A stretch of 63,993 bases of DNA, filler included, from Asterionella formosa (taxonomy: Eukaryota): assembly GCA_002256025.1 (NCBI GenBank). It is 6 parts of 6 records of this genome, joined end to end, with 100 filler letters (N's around TTAATTAATTAA, not from the genome) between each part and the next. Parts side by side here need not be neighbours in the genome. Positions count along the whole stretch, not along the records: positions 42,840 to 53,424 come from NKIB01009346.1; positions 53,525 to 63,993 come from NKIB01009479.1; 4 more parts are not named here. One strand, 5' to 3'. Below, one piece after another: positions 46,936-58,330 of this stretch. The translations under genes were made by a program, and so were the position numbers. Within the stretch, counting starts at the first letter, position 1; each line of letters opens with the position of its first letter. Below the pieces are notes generated by a model. It was not told the DNA's origin. It worked only from the letters and a program-made list of their open reading frames with translations, and did not search any database.

Positions 46936-49023
46936 TTACCCATCGGTAGAGTTGGAATAAAATGCCGGGCAGTTAGTCAATAAATTTCCGTCCAAATGGG
47001 AGCAATTGCAATCTCCACTGCACTGTAGTTGGTCGCAGTCAACTTGAAGCGAGATATTGGGATACATGCTACAGTTAATTATTCCTGCAATGTCATTTGA
47101 TTGAAGATTCAGAAAATTCAAAAGAGTTAGTTTGGACAAGTCCTCCGGAGGTGGACCCGTAAAATCATTTTCGCCCAAGTCAGCATGAGTCAGCTTGGTG
47201 AGCAACCCAAATTCAGAAGGAATACTACCGAATAGACTGTTTTCAACGAGAATGAAACTTTCCAAGTTGGTTAATTTTTCAAGCAAACTGACGGGCAGGT
47301 TACTTTGAATTTCATTGTCACTTAGGTCCAGCAAAGTCAGCAATGTGAGCCTTCCAAGGTCGGATGGCAGAGAATAGTCAGGAGGCAAAAGCTGAGAGAA
47401 TTCTCGGCAAGCTTGGTTATTATTCTCATGACATTGAAAGAAATTGACAAATCCTGAAATGCCATTCCCAGCAGCATCGAGATATTGGAGTTTCGTGAGA
47501 TTAGTAAGCTCCAATGGTAGATAACCATTGGAATCTCTCGATACAATCCTGTTATTAGAAATATCGAAATAGGTCAGATTCTTGAGAAACCCCACCTGAG
47601 GGGGAAAGTCGTTGTAGAATTGATTATCTCGTAAATTAAAGTGTTCCAATTGAGTCAGTAGTCCAATCTGTGTAGGAACGGTTGATGCAAAGTTGTTGCC
47701 ACTCAAATCCAGAAACACAAGGCTTGTCATTTGACCAATCTCTGTTGGCAATGCTCCAGTGAGACCACAGTTATGAAGCGATAATTTCTCAAGTTGATGC
47801 AAGCGACCAATTTCGGAAAATAACTGGCCTTGTGTAAAGTCTGGATTTGCTGAAAATTCCAGCAGCTTTAATTCTGTCAAACGTCCCAACTCACTTGGAA
47901 ATGTTCCCTCCAAAGTCGTATTTGGAAATTGTAAATATTGCAGTGAGTTGGAAAGGAGGGCAAGCTCTGGTGGAATCGTAAGAACCGAATCTGTTGTGGG
48001 TTTCAACAGTGTTCGATGGATCCCAATCACTTGCATGTTGCCTGCTCCTTTTTCATTTCTACATTTAATACCGGACCATGAACAGTGAGATACATTCAAC
48101 AAGGAATCAGGAGCTTGGTTCGTGTATTTCAGATTGGAGTATAGCAGTGTTGCCAGGGAATACCTCTGGCGCAACTCGTCCTGTGAGTATTCCCCCGAAA
48201 TTGAATTCTCCGACAACCATTGCAATGCTTCGTATTGCGCAGTCGTTTCTGCAGGAAAATCAGGATTCAGCGCTACAATGGTATACAAACCACCAAGCAC
48301 ATGTGTTGGACTCAACGAAGGTGATATTGACAATTGCTGCTGTTGCTGCTTCGTTTTAGGAGAACGAAGGACCATTGCTGTGACAACAACAGCCACAAGA
48401 CCTGCAATGATTGTTACTGCTCCAATACATGTCGTCATTTGATGACGTTTAGACTTTGCTTCTTGTTCAGTTGTATCCAGGGCACTGGCATGAACAACTT
48501 CTTCATCGTGGACTAGAGTTGCATGATAGGTCGGAAGGCCTCCTCCTTGTTCTTCGTCTTGTTGTTGGTCCTCCTCCTCCTCATTATGATAACTATCATT
48601 ATCATCGTGGACTGTGACGTTAGCGACGTTATTGTCCATGGCTCCAGGAACAGCAATAGCTCCTGGAGATAATGTTTCATACAGTGCTCGTTGTCGCCGG
48701 AGATGAGGGGGAGGAACCGAGTCGTCCAATTGTAAGGCGCTGCCATTGACTGTTTCAGTCTTGTCCCCGCCTTGTTCCATCCTCAGGTCTTTCTTCGTTG
48801 GGTGCATATCCGTGGCTTTATCAAACGAAGGATCCATAAGATTCATTCGACTCTTAATAATTTCTTCCATAAGTGCAGTGACAGTCGATTCATCGTCGTC
48901 AGCGTCAAGTCGTTCCTCTGTGCTTGGACAAGTCCCAGTATTGTCCCTAGGATTGTCCTCATTAGTAGTGTGCTCCTGTCCGTTGATTCGAAAGTGTTCA
49001 CCATTTGATTCTTGTTGTCCCAT
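46936..49023 (-). CDS. Paralogous LRR receptor-like protein, convergent with the first
   Basis: Same architecture; first in-frame ATG 49023 (track start 49044 is GTG); core near-identical to ~45165-45960. Confidence 0.82.
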   Translation of the reverse strand: MGQQESNGEHFRINGQEHTTNEDNPRDNTGTCPSTEERLDADDDESTVTALMEEIIKSRMNLMDPSFDKATDMHPTKKDLRMEQGGDKTETVNGSALQLDDSVPPPHLRRQRALYETLSPGAIAVPGAMDNNVANVTVHDDNDSYHNEEEEDQQQDEEQGGGLPTYHATLVHDEEVVHASALDTTEQEAKSKRHQMTTCIGAVTIIAGLVAVVVTAMVLRSPKTKQQQQQLSISPSLSPTHVLGGLYTIVALNPDFPAETTAQYEALQWLSENSISGEYSQDELRQRYSLATLLYSNLKYTNQAPDSLLNVSHCSWSGIKCRNEKGAGNMQVIGIHRTLLKPTTDSVLTIPPELALLSNSLQYLQFPNTTLEGTFPSELGRLTELKLLEFSANPDFTQGQLFSEIGRLHQLEKLSLHNCGLTGALPTEIGQMTSLVFLDLSGNNFASTVPTQIGLLTQLEHFNLRDNQFYNDFPPQVGFLKNLTYFDISNNRIVSRDSNGYLPLELTNLTKLQYLDAAGNGISGFVNFFQCHENNNQACREFSQLLPPDYSLPSDLGRLTLLTLLDLSDNEIQSNLPVSLLEKLTNLESFILVENSLFGSIPSEFGLLTKLTHADLGENDFTGPPPEDLSKLTLLNFLNLQSNDIAGIINCSMYPNISLQVDCDQLQCSGDCNCSHLDGNLLTNCPAFYSNSTDG

Positions 49024-50615
49024 GTTGCTTGTCCTTGCCTGCACATTTGCTGATGCAGGAACACCAATACCGGAACTAGCACTACAATTTCCAAACGTTT
49101 GTTCTGATGTCCCCTATTGTTGGCGATGATGATTGTTTGTCGCTATGATCAATCATGATGTGTCAATTTAGTGAGAATATAGTAAATATATATGTCTTTA
49201 AATATACAGTCAAATAGCTTAGTGCTTTTGTATTTTTCACATGTATCTTTGTTGTTCTTGTTCGTTTGTTGTTGAGTGTTGAGTGTTGTTGGAGGCCGGA
49301 GAGTGAGAGACGAAAAAAAACCGAATTGTTTGTGTGTAATTTTAATTACGGCATGACAAAAATGCCTGCCGTTGTCCCTATACATGTAATTTGTATTGAA
49401 AAAATATTTGGATGATCGATTGCGAGACGACCAATTCGAACCAACTGTACTACAGGTGTACGAACATACTTCTGTAAGTCGACCGAATGTCCGGAGTCGT
49501 GATCGAGCATTGCTGGAGCAATAGCTCAGGTCGGCTTCTTAAGCCGAAGACGCCAGTCGAAATTATGCACATCCAGTGCCCACTTTCTTGTCATACGCTC
49601 GCGAATTTATGGTCATCAGGTCGCAATGATCCCATTGCGGTCCTGACGTTTCTTTGTGGTTCCTCAAACTCGTTTCTTTCTTTTCCATCCCACCCTCCCT
49701 GCAAGTCCGAGTTTTCGAGCCTCAAAGGCGCGACTAGAAATTTAGCCTGCCTTTGATACTGGCGAGTACTAAGCTAAAGCTTCGTTTCTCCCATACTCAG
49801 ATATAGCTTTGTCTACTCTTATTAGGCAATTTCTACTAGTCTAGTACAAATTACCGTACTGCTCTATACTTTTGTCCCGCGTGTACAAGCGTGAGGATTG
49901 AAGACAATGCATGTGAATTCCCATGAATTCTTATGCATGATTAGAATCTGGGACGATCTCATAATGCCAAGGACTGCCTGTGCTTGTGCTGTACACACAA
50001 TAAATAGAATACTTATGCGTTAGGAAAAATTCTCATGGATCGAACATTATTTTTCAATATATATATATATGTACGTCTATCGTCACTTTTCCCGCTTCCA
50101 CGCAATGGAGGTGGCATGGTATGCCTATTTTAAGTATTGCCCAAATTCGCTGCCACAACCAATGAATATCCAATAACAGTGCCAATATGTTCTTGTCTAC
50201 ATATATATTCTTTAACGTAGTAGACTACTGGATAATTAAAGTTGATAGTGTACTACCAGTAGATACTGGGGTACCGGCACCCGTTGTTCGTAGGTTTTCA
50301 AAAAATTTCCCAGGAACGGCGTACTTTTGGCTCAACGGATCAATGATGCAGGGCCAGCGATTTCTTTTCGCTCTTATTGTCTCGCTCGTTTTCTTCTACA
50401 CCAACGACCTGGTGGGGGGGGGGAGGGAATGGACGGCGGAACGGAACCCTCTGGTCCTGCCTGCTGCTGGCTGTCGTCGATGTTTCCCACCAGCAGATTT
50501 GAAAAGCCGGGTTGCGCATTTGGACGAAGCACGGTACTATACATACCGTTCGTCTAAAAGATAATTTCGAATACATATATATATATATGCAAATATATTA
50601 AATATATCGGTAGTA

Positions 50616-50822
50616 TTGTGCTGCCCTCCTAGGCAGTTAGAGTTTCCTGTAATGCTGCACCCAAGACAATCACTTTTCTCTAAAGATGGTTGGGGACTCA
50701 CCTATGATAAAAAAGCAAACTAGGGAAGCACAGGTCTTGTGGGCAGGTAGCACAGCAATGAAAGCCTTGCCTGTTACTAGAAATAGGGGAGTATGAATGG
50801 GCTATACAACATACTTTCCTTT
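50616..50822 (+). mobile_element. Diverged 3' half of the SINE family
   Basis: Aligns to the reverse complement of 19945-20139 (GACTCACCTATG, AAACTAGGGAAGCACAGGTCTTGT, GAATGGGCTATA.AACATACT). Confidence 0.8.
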
Positions 50823-51583
50823 CATAAAGAAGGACTAACCCCAAATATGGAGTGATTTATCATGCAGAGGGTCCATGCTGAATTTTCGCTCTCATGGAAA
50901 TATGAAGAGGTTAATATAGTATGGCTGGATGCAAGTTCAGGAAACCCTGGGTAGCCTTGTAGGCCTGGATAATAAATTGACTGTAACCCTTAATATTAAA
51001 TATTTTGTGTCTTATTTTGCTCAGTATCCATGGAACTCACAAGTTTTTGCTTTTCTCATGTTGTCCTTCCTCTCACCACCTTCAAGGCACAGTTATTGCA
51101 TTGCAATTGTCCTGGTGAGTAGAAACTTAACCACCACCTCTAAGGGGCTACTGTACGTTAAAGCAATGTTTTAATGTTCATGTCACCCTTGGCATATCTA
51201 CCAAATTTGAAAGTGTTGCTGTCAATTTTCACGGGGATAGCTATTCACCATTTTCGTCATGATCAATGCTGAGACAACATGATGCAGGATTCTCAATCCA
51301 CTCAGCCACAACAACTTCTGGTACACTCTAGCATATTATATATATAAATAAAAGTTGCATATTAAAGCTTATTAAGCATATACCAGTGCAAACATTGGCT
51401 ACATTGGGAACCCTGAATGTGAATCCAGGCATAGACCAATATTAGCATGTGGTATTCCTTCAGTTGTCAGCAGATGTATGTGTATTGATATACATAGTCT
51501 TCAGCAATTTTGAGGATCAACTGTCTATGATTGCTGTTCTGAACAGTGATGCTTCATACATGACAGTTAATTTTTGGAAAGAC

Positions 51584-52762
51584 TTATTTAATGCCCTTCA
51601 ACTTTTCAAAAACAAACACTGGTTGATAATTACTTGACACCTCAGTCAACTCAGTAACATTATGTAAATGACTGTCAACCTGTATCCAGTTTGCAGCTAC
51701 AAGGGGCCATCGGAATTTACCATAAACGCGGTGTGCATTCATCATTACTCTGTCCTTTCCTGTTGGGAGGCCTAAGACAAGAGCTCCTCCACGTCTTGTT
51801 ACACACCAACTTCGTGCAACTGCCAATAGGTCTCCCCATGGGTTTAATGCATCTCCGTAGCGACCCAATCCGGAATGCTCAAGAGACGAAAATGAAACTA
51901 TAGTATCAAAAAGCCCCAAACTCTTGGCCATGTATTCTTTTCTGAATTCAGATGGAGTCAATGTTTTGATCTTGGGGTGAGTGGACACAATTTTTCCATA
52001 TTCTAAAGTCACAACTTCCTTTGCTCCGAGGAGCAGGCAGATGGCTTCTAGCCACGGTCTTTCAGAGCCAATGACCAGGACTCGGCTACCAAGGATCTTT
52101 CTTGTAACATTTAGATGATGGAGGATGCTGTTGGTTGTTTTAATGCCATAAGTTCCTAAATGAACACCATCTTTCAGCTCATACAGTATGTCACTGATTT
52201 TCTCCTCAGTCCAGTTAGTTGATTTCCCCTCTTGTCCTAAATATATATTTGTATATCGTTTCCAATCAATAATGTCCACTAATCCATTCAAAGAATACAA
52301 AGAATGAAGCTCGGAAGGCAATGGATATGGAACAGAATTCTCACTTGCATCAATATCTTCTGATTTCAAGATCGCTAAACAGTCCACTGGCGCCCGAACC
52401 GATGAAAGCATGGTTTCTTTGTCCCTTCGCTTGTTTCGCTTTACTGTGAGGGCAGCAAGTTTTGTTGCAGAATCAACTTCGCAAAGTGGTCCACAGATCT
52501 TTCGGATACGCTCAAGGCGAGGTAAGATCTCATTCTCAAGCAATTCTGTCATTTCAGGAGAGCTCCTGTTGACTACGCTGTTCACATTCTTTTCAGGACT
52601 CTCTTGTCCTTTTGTAGGAATAATGACACTGTTGTCACCGGCGGTAGGAGTGACCGTTGTGTCTATATTAGAGACGGACAGAAAGTTTTTAAAGAGCAGG
52701 TGAGAAGCAACTATGATGAGAGCTCCAATAGCCCAGAATCGCTTCGATGCAACCCAAGACAT
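51584..52762 (-). CDS. DUF268-family putative SAM-dependent methyltransferase with N-terminal anchor
   Basis: VLVIGSERPWLEAI, VVTLEYG, FSSLEHSGLGRYGDALNPWGDL, NAHRVYG; N-terminal TM. Confidence 0.82.
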   Translation of the reverse strand: MSWVASKRFWAIGALIIVASHLLFKNFLSVSNIDTTVTPTAGDNSVIIPTKGQESPEKNVNSVVNRSSPEMTELLENEILPRLERIRKICGPLCEVDSATKLAALTVKRNKRRDKETMLSSVRAPVDCLAILKSEDIDASENSVPYPLPSELHSLYSLNGLVDIIDWKRYTNIYLGQEGKSTNWTEEKISDILYELKDGVHLGTYGIKTTNSILHHLNVTRKILGSRVLVIGSERPWLEAICLLLGAKEVVTLEYGKIVSTHPKIKTLTPSEFRKEYMAKSLGLFDTIVSFSSLEHSGLGRYGDALNPWGDLLAVARSWCVTRRGGALVLGLPTGKDRVMMNAHRVYGKFRWPLVAANWIQVDSHLHNVTELTEVSSNYQPVFVFEKLKGIK

Positions 52763-53299
52763 TGTCGACGATGGTGTGCAGCAGCTGCTTAATGACCAGA
52801 TTTTTATTGCATGCGTTGAGGTTCGCTGCCGTATAGTAGCTACGGGTGGTATGTAGAGCTACTGTTGAAAAAATCCTCCTTTAGCTGTTTATAAAAATTG
52901 AATTACTGTACTAAAAAATGGTTCCTGTATTTCAACCCTAGTAAGGCAAAAATTAAAATACTGTATTGCTTATGTGGTACCGTAGGGTTGCCAAAATTCT
53001 CTGGAACTAAGAATTTATACAGTACTGTATGAGCGATTTTTGAATGACTTGATTCCATTTGAAATATTGAAATCAGTGGAAATCTGTGCGTAAGTACATA
53101 GATTCCTTTTTCGAACTCATTACATTTATTTATATTAACATTCTACATCGCTTAATGCGTATATATATCGAAGATTATGGTTCAAATACCGGTATACTAA
53201 CCCTAACCCTAACACTAATGGCAAATATTTGAAAGTGCACTCAAGTGAGTGGTGTGCATATGATGTCCAATGATGATCATCTACTGGTTTGCCCGTATA

Positions 53300-53424
53300 C
53301 CGTATACTTCATTGTCCTGGACCCCCCAATGTACACTGCCGTGACTGAATTTGACTGATTTTACTTAAGGGGGGTCCAGGACAATGAAGAGATTTCCCTT
53401 ATACTAGTCCTAAGTTAATTTTAT
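53300..53424. mobile_element. Terminus of the same Tc2/pogo-like element (TA|CCGTATACTTC...), cut by contig end
   Basis: TA at 53298-53299 then CCGTA; reverse complement of 43258-43379. Confidence 0.7.
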
Positions 53425-53524
53425 NNNNNNNNNNNNNNNNNNNNNNNNNNNNNNNNNNNNNNNNNNNNTTAATTAATTAANNNNNNNNNNNNNNNNNNNN
53501 NNNNNNNNNNNNNNNNNNNNNNNN
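53425..53524. other. Artificial contig linker
   Basis: N44-TTAATTAATTAA-N44. Confidence 0.97.
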
Positions 53525-53882
53525 AGGATTGATCCTGGAATGAAAAGAACTTCAAGGCAAGTGAGCATGATTGGTTGGGCATTGGTAAACCGTTCTATCA
53601 TCCCTTGTGCTTACTTGTTGCAATTGTATAAACCAAGATGATGGCGAAAACACCCATCCAGGGGTTAACCTCTACCCATTCCAAAAAATGAACCGATTCT
53701 GCCTTGATTTTATGAGACGTCATTGAGTCGACAATGACAAAGATCAGGAATCCGACCAAAGTTACACCCAAACAGATGCGGAGAAGTCTCATCCTCTGCT
53801 GTTCTTGTAACCGTCGCTCATGCGAATCAGGTGGATATGAAAATATCCCGCTGCGTCCATTGTCAATATTCATTGTGCTCAT
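53525..53882 (-). CDS. TVP38/TMEM64 (DedA/VTT) membrane protein, 5' part; exons 53882-53615, 53549-53525
   Basis: FLEWVEVNPWMGVFAIILVYTIAT|ILFIPGSIL across a 65-bp GT-AG intron; truncated by linker. Confidence 0.75.
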
Positions 53883-55099
53883 TGGAATGTCAACCCTGGG
53901 CAACTATCCGTCGGCTATGTTCGGAAGCGTCTTGTTCTGTGGCTTCAATTGAGTAAATTGAGACAAGGGTCATATGAAGGAACGAACTACGTGATTTGGC
54001 AGTCGGCGACTTCGACATCGCTGTTCTAAATAATGCGTCTCTCATGCATGTAGGGCCCAACACAAGGGACCAATATTTACCTCATGGGGTGCGCTTGATC
54101 TTAATGGTACAATTTCCTACGTCAAATGAGCTTTTTGGGATTACCATAAAGGCTTAGTCATAATTCATCCCCCAATAATGTAAAATACCCCGCGAATTAA
54201 CTAAAAAGTGCGTAAGGTAGGCATTTCTTATGTGATATCCGGGTTCGGAAATGCCTATTTACCGTTAACTTGATTCTCAAGAAATTATTGTTTCTTGGTA
54301 CCCCTAATGTGCATTGACATTATCGGGTTAGACACCGGAATACATTTTTAACATTGTTGTCCAATAGTAATGTCATGTAACCATAGCTATGTTATAATCT
54401 CCAGGTCGGTTTATATCTCCTAGAATGATGCCAATAAAGATGTATGACCTGACCACAAGAATGCCCAATTAGTTCACATGACATAAACTTACTACTCTTG
54501 ATGCTGCTGGCACAGCTACTACCTGTAGGATATTATTGTCTTTAAAATTCAAAGCAATTTTATTTAGATGGATATATTTCAATATCTGTCTGTTGCATAA
54601 ATGACAATAGTTTAAGTGGATCAGCATGCTATATATATGACATAGAACAGATGCATGTACGAATTGATGATTGTGAGTAGTATACATTGCCAGCCAGTCC
54701 TGTGAATGCGGCCACACAGATGTAGCTTTACATAGGGTTGTCTACCTGTACATGTGGTACTAGGCTCAGCTTTTGACCTACATGAAATCACATAGGCTAT
54801 CATCATGCCTGCTGTTAGAAAATACGGAAGCGGACTCATCAGACTAAAATGAAGATACTGGATGGATTAGTGTGACCTAAAAGAAACAGAATAAGTCCAT
54901 GTTGTTGGTCAGTGAAGCATCACCAACAAAGGTGTCAAAATAGGTATATATAATACATGAGCTGTGCTCATTCTTTATAATTATCTGGTTTACATCGATA
55001 AAACTTCCCTTTGTCTTCTGGACGTTGTTGTCTTATTGACACAACTTAATTCAAGTCACACCTGCACAACTGCCGATGATGGTTGTGCAAGCGGAACTG

Positions 55100-55990
55100 C
55101 AACCCAAAAGGAATACAAGGAAATACAAGGGGGAAGGAAGAAGCCACCCTTCCGGCCTACTAGGAATACATATCAGAAAATCACTGTGCCAAGGCACACA
55201 AACTTTGAAGGAAAATGCGACGAAATCAATGGTCACATTAAAGACTATTCAGATGGCTGCTCAACAATCAGATCTGTTTGTGAAGACCACCAAGGAGGTT
55301 GCTTGCTGAGTATGAGCTACCCTCTATCAGTGAGCCATCAGACCCACCAGCTGGCGCAACTAGGACCCAGGAGCGCATCTGGGCGAAACAAGTAGATGAA
55401 TATGTCAAGCGGAGTACTTATCTCAAGGAAAACATGATAGAGACCCTCTATTCATTGGTATGGGGGCAATGAACTGACATAATGCGTCAAAATAACGAGG
55501 CACTACTTGACTTCAATGGAATGTCAACTGAAGGTGATGGTCTATCTCTTCTCAAGGCCATAAAGAACATGGCTTTTAACTTCCATAGCCAGAAATACTT
55601 GAGACATTCAATGTACGAATCAATGAAATGCTTCTATTCCATGATGCAAGGAAAATAGAAGACCAAACAGGTGTGGTATTTGAACCTGGACTAGAAAAAC
55701 TGATTATGACTGAGCTCGACATCAACCCCGAACTGGCCACCCACAATGATAGGCTAAAAGTGAAGAAAAGAAGCACAAAGAAGGTTCTTGGCTGTGGCAT
55801 TTATTCTTGGTGCCGACACAAGGCGTTTTGGCCAACTAATTGAGAATCTGGAGAATGACTACTTACAAGGACAAACAATTAACAAACAAAATTGACAGGA
55901 GCTTACAATTTATTGATCGAATGGAAGCAGGACCCGCGAAAATTGCTTAAGACAATTGGCCCTGTGAATGATGGAGTGTCCTTCACTAGT
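55100..55990 (+). mobile_element. Degenerate gag of a second, CoDi-type Copia lineage
   Basis: Across frameshifts: FEGKCDEINGH, DLFVKTTKEVA, LYSLVWGQ, DGLSLLKAIK, AVAFILGAD..RFGQLIENLENDYLQG, AYNLLIEW, GVSF. Confidence 0.7.
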
Positions 55991-56814
55991 GTCGAAGGTG
56001 CTGTGAGGCAAAACAATGACATTAGAAACTTTTATATCTCAAGAAATATTGACTTCACCCAAGTTATAATTAGATCTAGTAGTGTCTGAGAGGACGAGCT
56101 ACAATAATCATCGTACTTGCTTCAACATTACCATGCAATCGGACTAAAATAATTTGAGTCATAACATAGGGTAAAATAAGGATGACTCTCGGTTTTTTAG
56201 GGTGGAACCAGGTACTGGAACTCCGAGTACCAGATACAGGCTTTTCGGATATACTGTATACGCGTGTTTCGATCGTGCACACAGTTGTGAATTTTTGAGT
56301 TCAATCATGCACGCGCATCAGATCTTCAATATACGGTTACTGTATGAAGCAGGTTATTGTATGAATGTAACATGAAGCAATATTATTTGGAAATAAGGTG
56401 TACCGGAATGAAAACCGGCATACATGCATACATCTAGGATTGAAAGGTCATCAAACTGTGATGGATGGTGGTAAACTTATTGTCACGAGAATTCAAAAAA
56501 GTGAGACAAATGTAGGGTCTCCTCATGATGTAGCCAAGAATAGCAAGGAGAATGTTGTATTCTTGTACTGGCAAGTGCACGATATGGCAAAGTGGTAAAC
56601 ATTGCTGACTCTTACATCCCCCTCACTACATACTACTTGGAGTACTAGTAGTCTAGTCTGTCAACGGTTTTGTAAAGCCTGTAAAACTCAAGCTGTACAC
56701 ATACATATGTGGGATGGAGAGTAGAACTGCACTACCGAGTACTTGGGCAGAAGTCGAAGTCCTTTTCCGTATAGTGACGTAAATAAAGCTTGCACGAGAT
56801 TCGAGAAGATATAC

Positions 56815-58330
56815 TCACCTTTTCCTACCAAAGCCCCATTCAGCCAATGCATTACTGTTTACTTCCAAGAGTTTGTCCTTCAAGAGCTTCTCCACTTGAC
56901 GAGCAGATGCTCGTCCTACAGCATTTTGATTGTGACAAAGTCTCATTGCTTCTTTCAAAATGTGAAATATGGTGTCGTTCACTAGCCGTAAATCAATCGG
57001 AATTTCTGGTCTCATTCCTTCCATAACCAACTGTTGGGCAGCTTTTTCTGTGATATTTTCGAATGGCCAAAGCTCTGTCAACAGCGTGTAAAATATGTTT
57101 CCCATGGAGTAAACATCAACCTTGATATTCAGAATAGAATGTTAGAGAAATTCTGGAGCAATGTGTGATTGCAAAGGCCATTATTACACTTACTTTTTCT
57201 GATTGCTCATCATAAAGATATTCCTCAGGTGAGCGACTCTTGCCCGGATTCTTTCCAATATAATAGCCGCATGGCTTGTTATGATTTGCAGACCATCTTA
57301 TGAACCTTGCCCGGTTGAAATCATTCAGTTTGTACACACCGTCGACCAAAATGAATTGTGATGGCGTTATGTCAGTGTGAGCAATCGATGCTTGCCCCTC
57401 CTTGTCGAAATTATGTAAATCTGCCACTGCCATGGCGACTTGTGTAGCTATTTCAAGCTTCTCCAATAAAGACATGTTGTTGTGCTCTTGTTCTCTAGGC
57501 CATACCCTGTCGAGAATGTCTCCACCTGTGCCATATTGAAACAATCCAGAGTTGCCACAGTAGCCATAAATGTCAACAACGTGAGGTGACTGTGTCATCC
57601 GTTCCATTGCCAATGCATCTCTTCTGTGCCTTTCGTAGTTAATGCCCGTGTAGTCGTGTTGGTATCGAAGAGTCTTCAAAACTCGTTCTGATCCATTAAA
57701 TTCTTTGACTATCCAAACATCTCTCCAGAATCCATTAGCGATCAAAGTGGATCGCATGGTAGTCTGTTCTTCTGAGTAGACAGCAGTCATATCAAATTCA
57801 AAGATAAAGTTGCACGTTGGAAACTGCATGAGCTGCCATGGATACTGCGCTTTGCATCCTGACGTCTCAAATACTTCAGCTCGCCTGTGATTGTAGTCTT
57901 TGGAGTTGTTTAAATGTTCTTGCCGCGCTCGATCATGTCTCGCGACAAGAAGTGTTCGTTTTGAAGGATAGATATCCATGTTCAAATCAAGTGCCCGAAC
58001 GTCAACTCCATGCTCTGATTCGTTAATCAAATGTCGAAGGTATCGTGGATAGGCGAACGTCTTCACCGGAGCGCGTACGGACACAGAAGAGTGCATGCCA
58101 CACTCAGAGTGTGCAGCGGATCCCAAAAGGAAGGCAGACACCACGAGGAGTCCGATCGAGGTCACCACGATAGCGTTCTTCGATTTGAGATGGAGGACCA
58201 TCCTTCTACATGCAGTATAAATTGATTGTTCATGAATTTTTCTGTCCTCGTTGCTGCCATGAATCATTTTGAAGTCCCCTTTCTGTCGAGCATCATGTCG
58301 ATGTCTGGACGTTGGAGGTTGCCGTTTCAT
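56815..58330 (-). CDS. Membrane-anchored protein kinase (PKDCC/POMK-like branch); exons 58330-57194, 57120-56815
   Basis: TM AIVVTSIGLLVVSAFLLG; ANGFWRDVW, VLKTL, HTDITPSQF, KLNDFNRA, RSPEEY, EK|VDVYSMGNIFYTLLT over a 73-bp intron. Confidence 0.82.
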
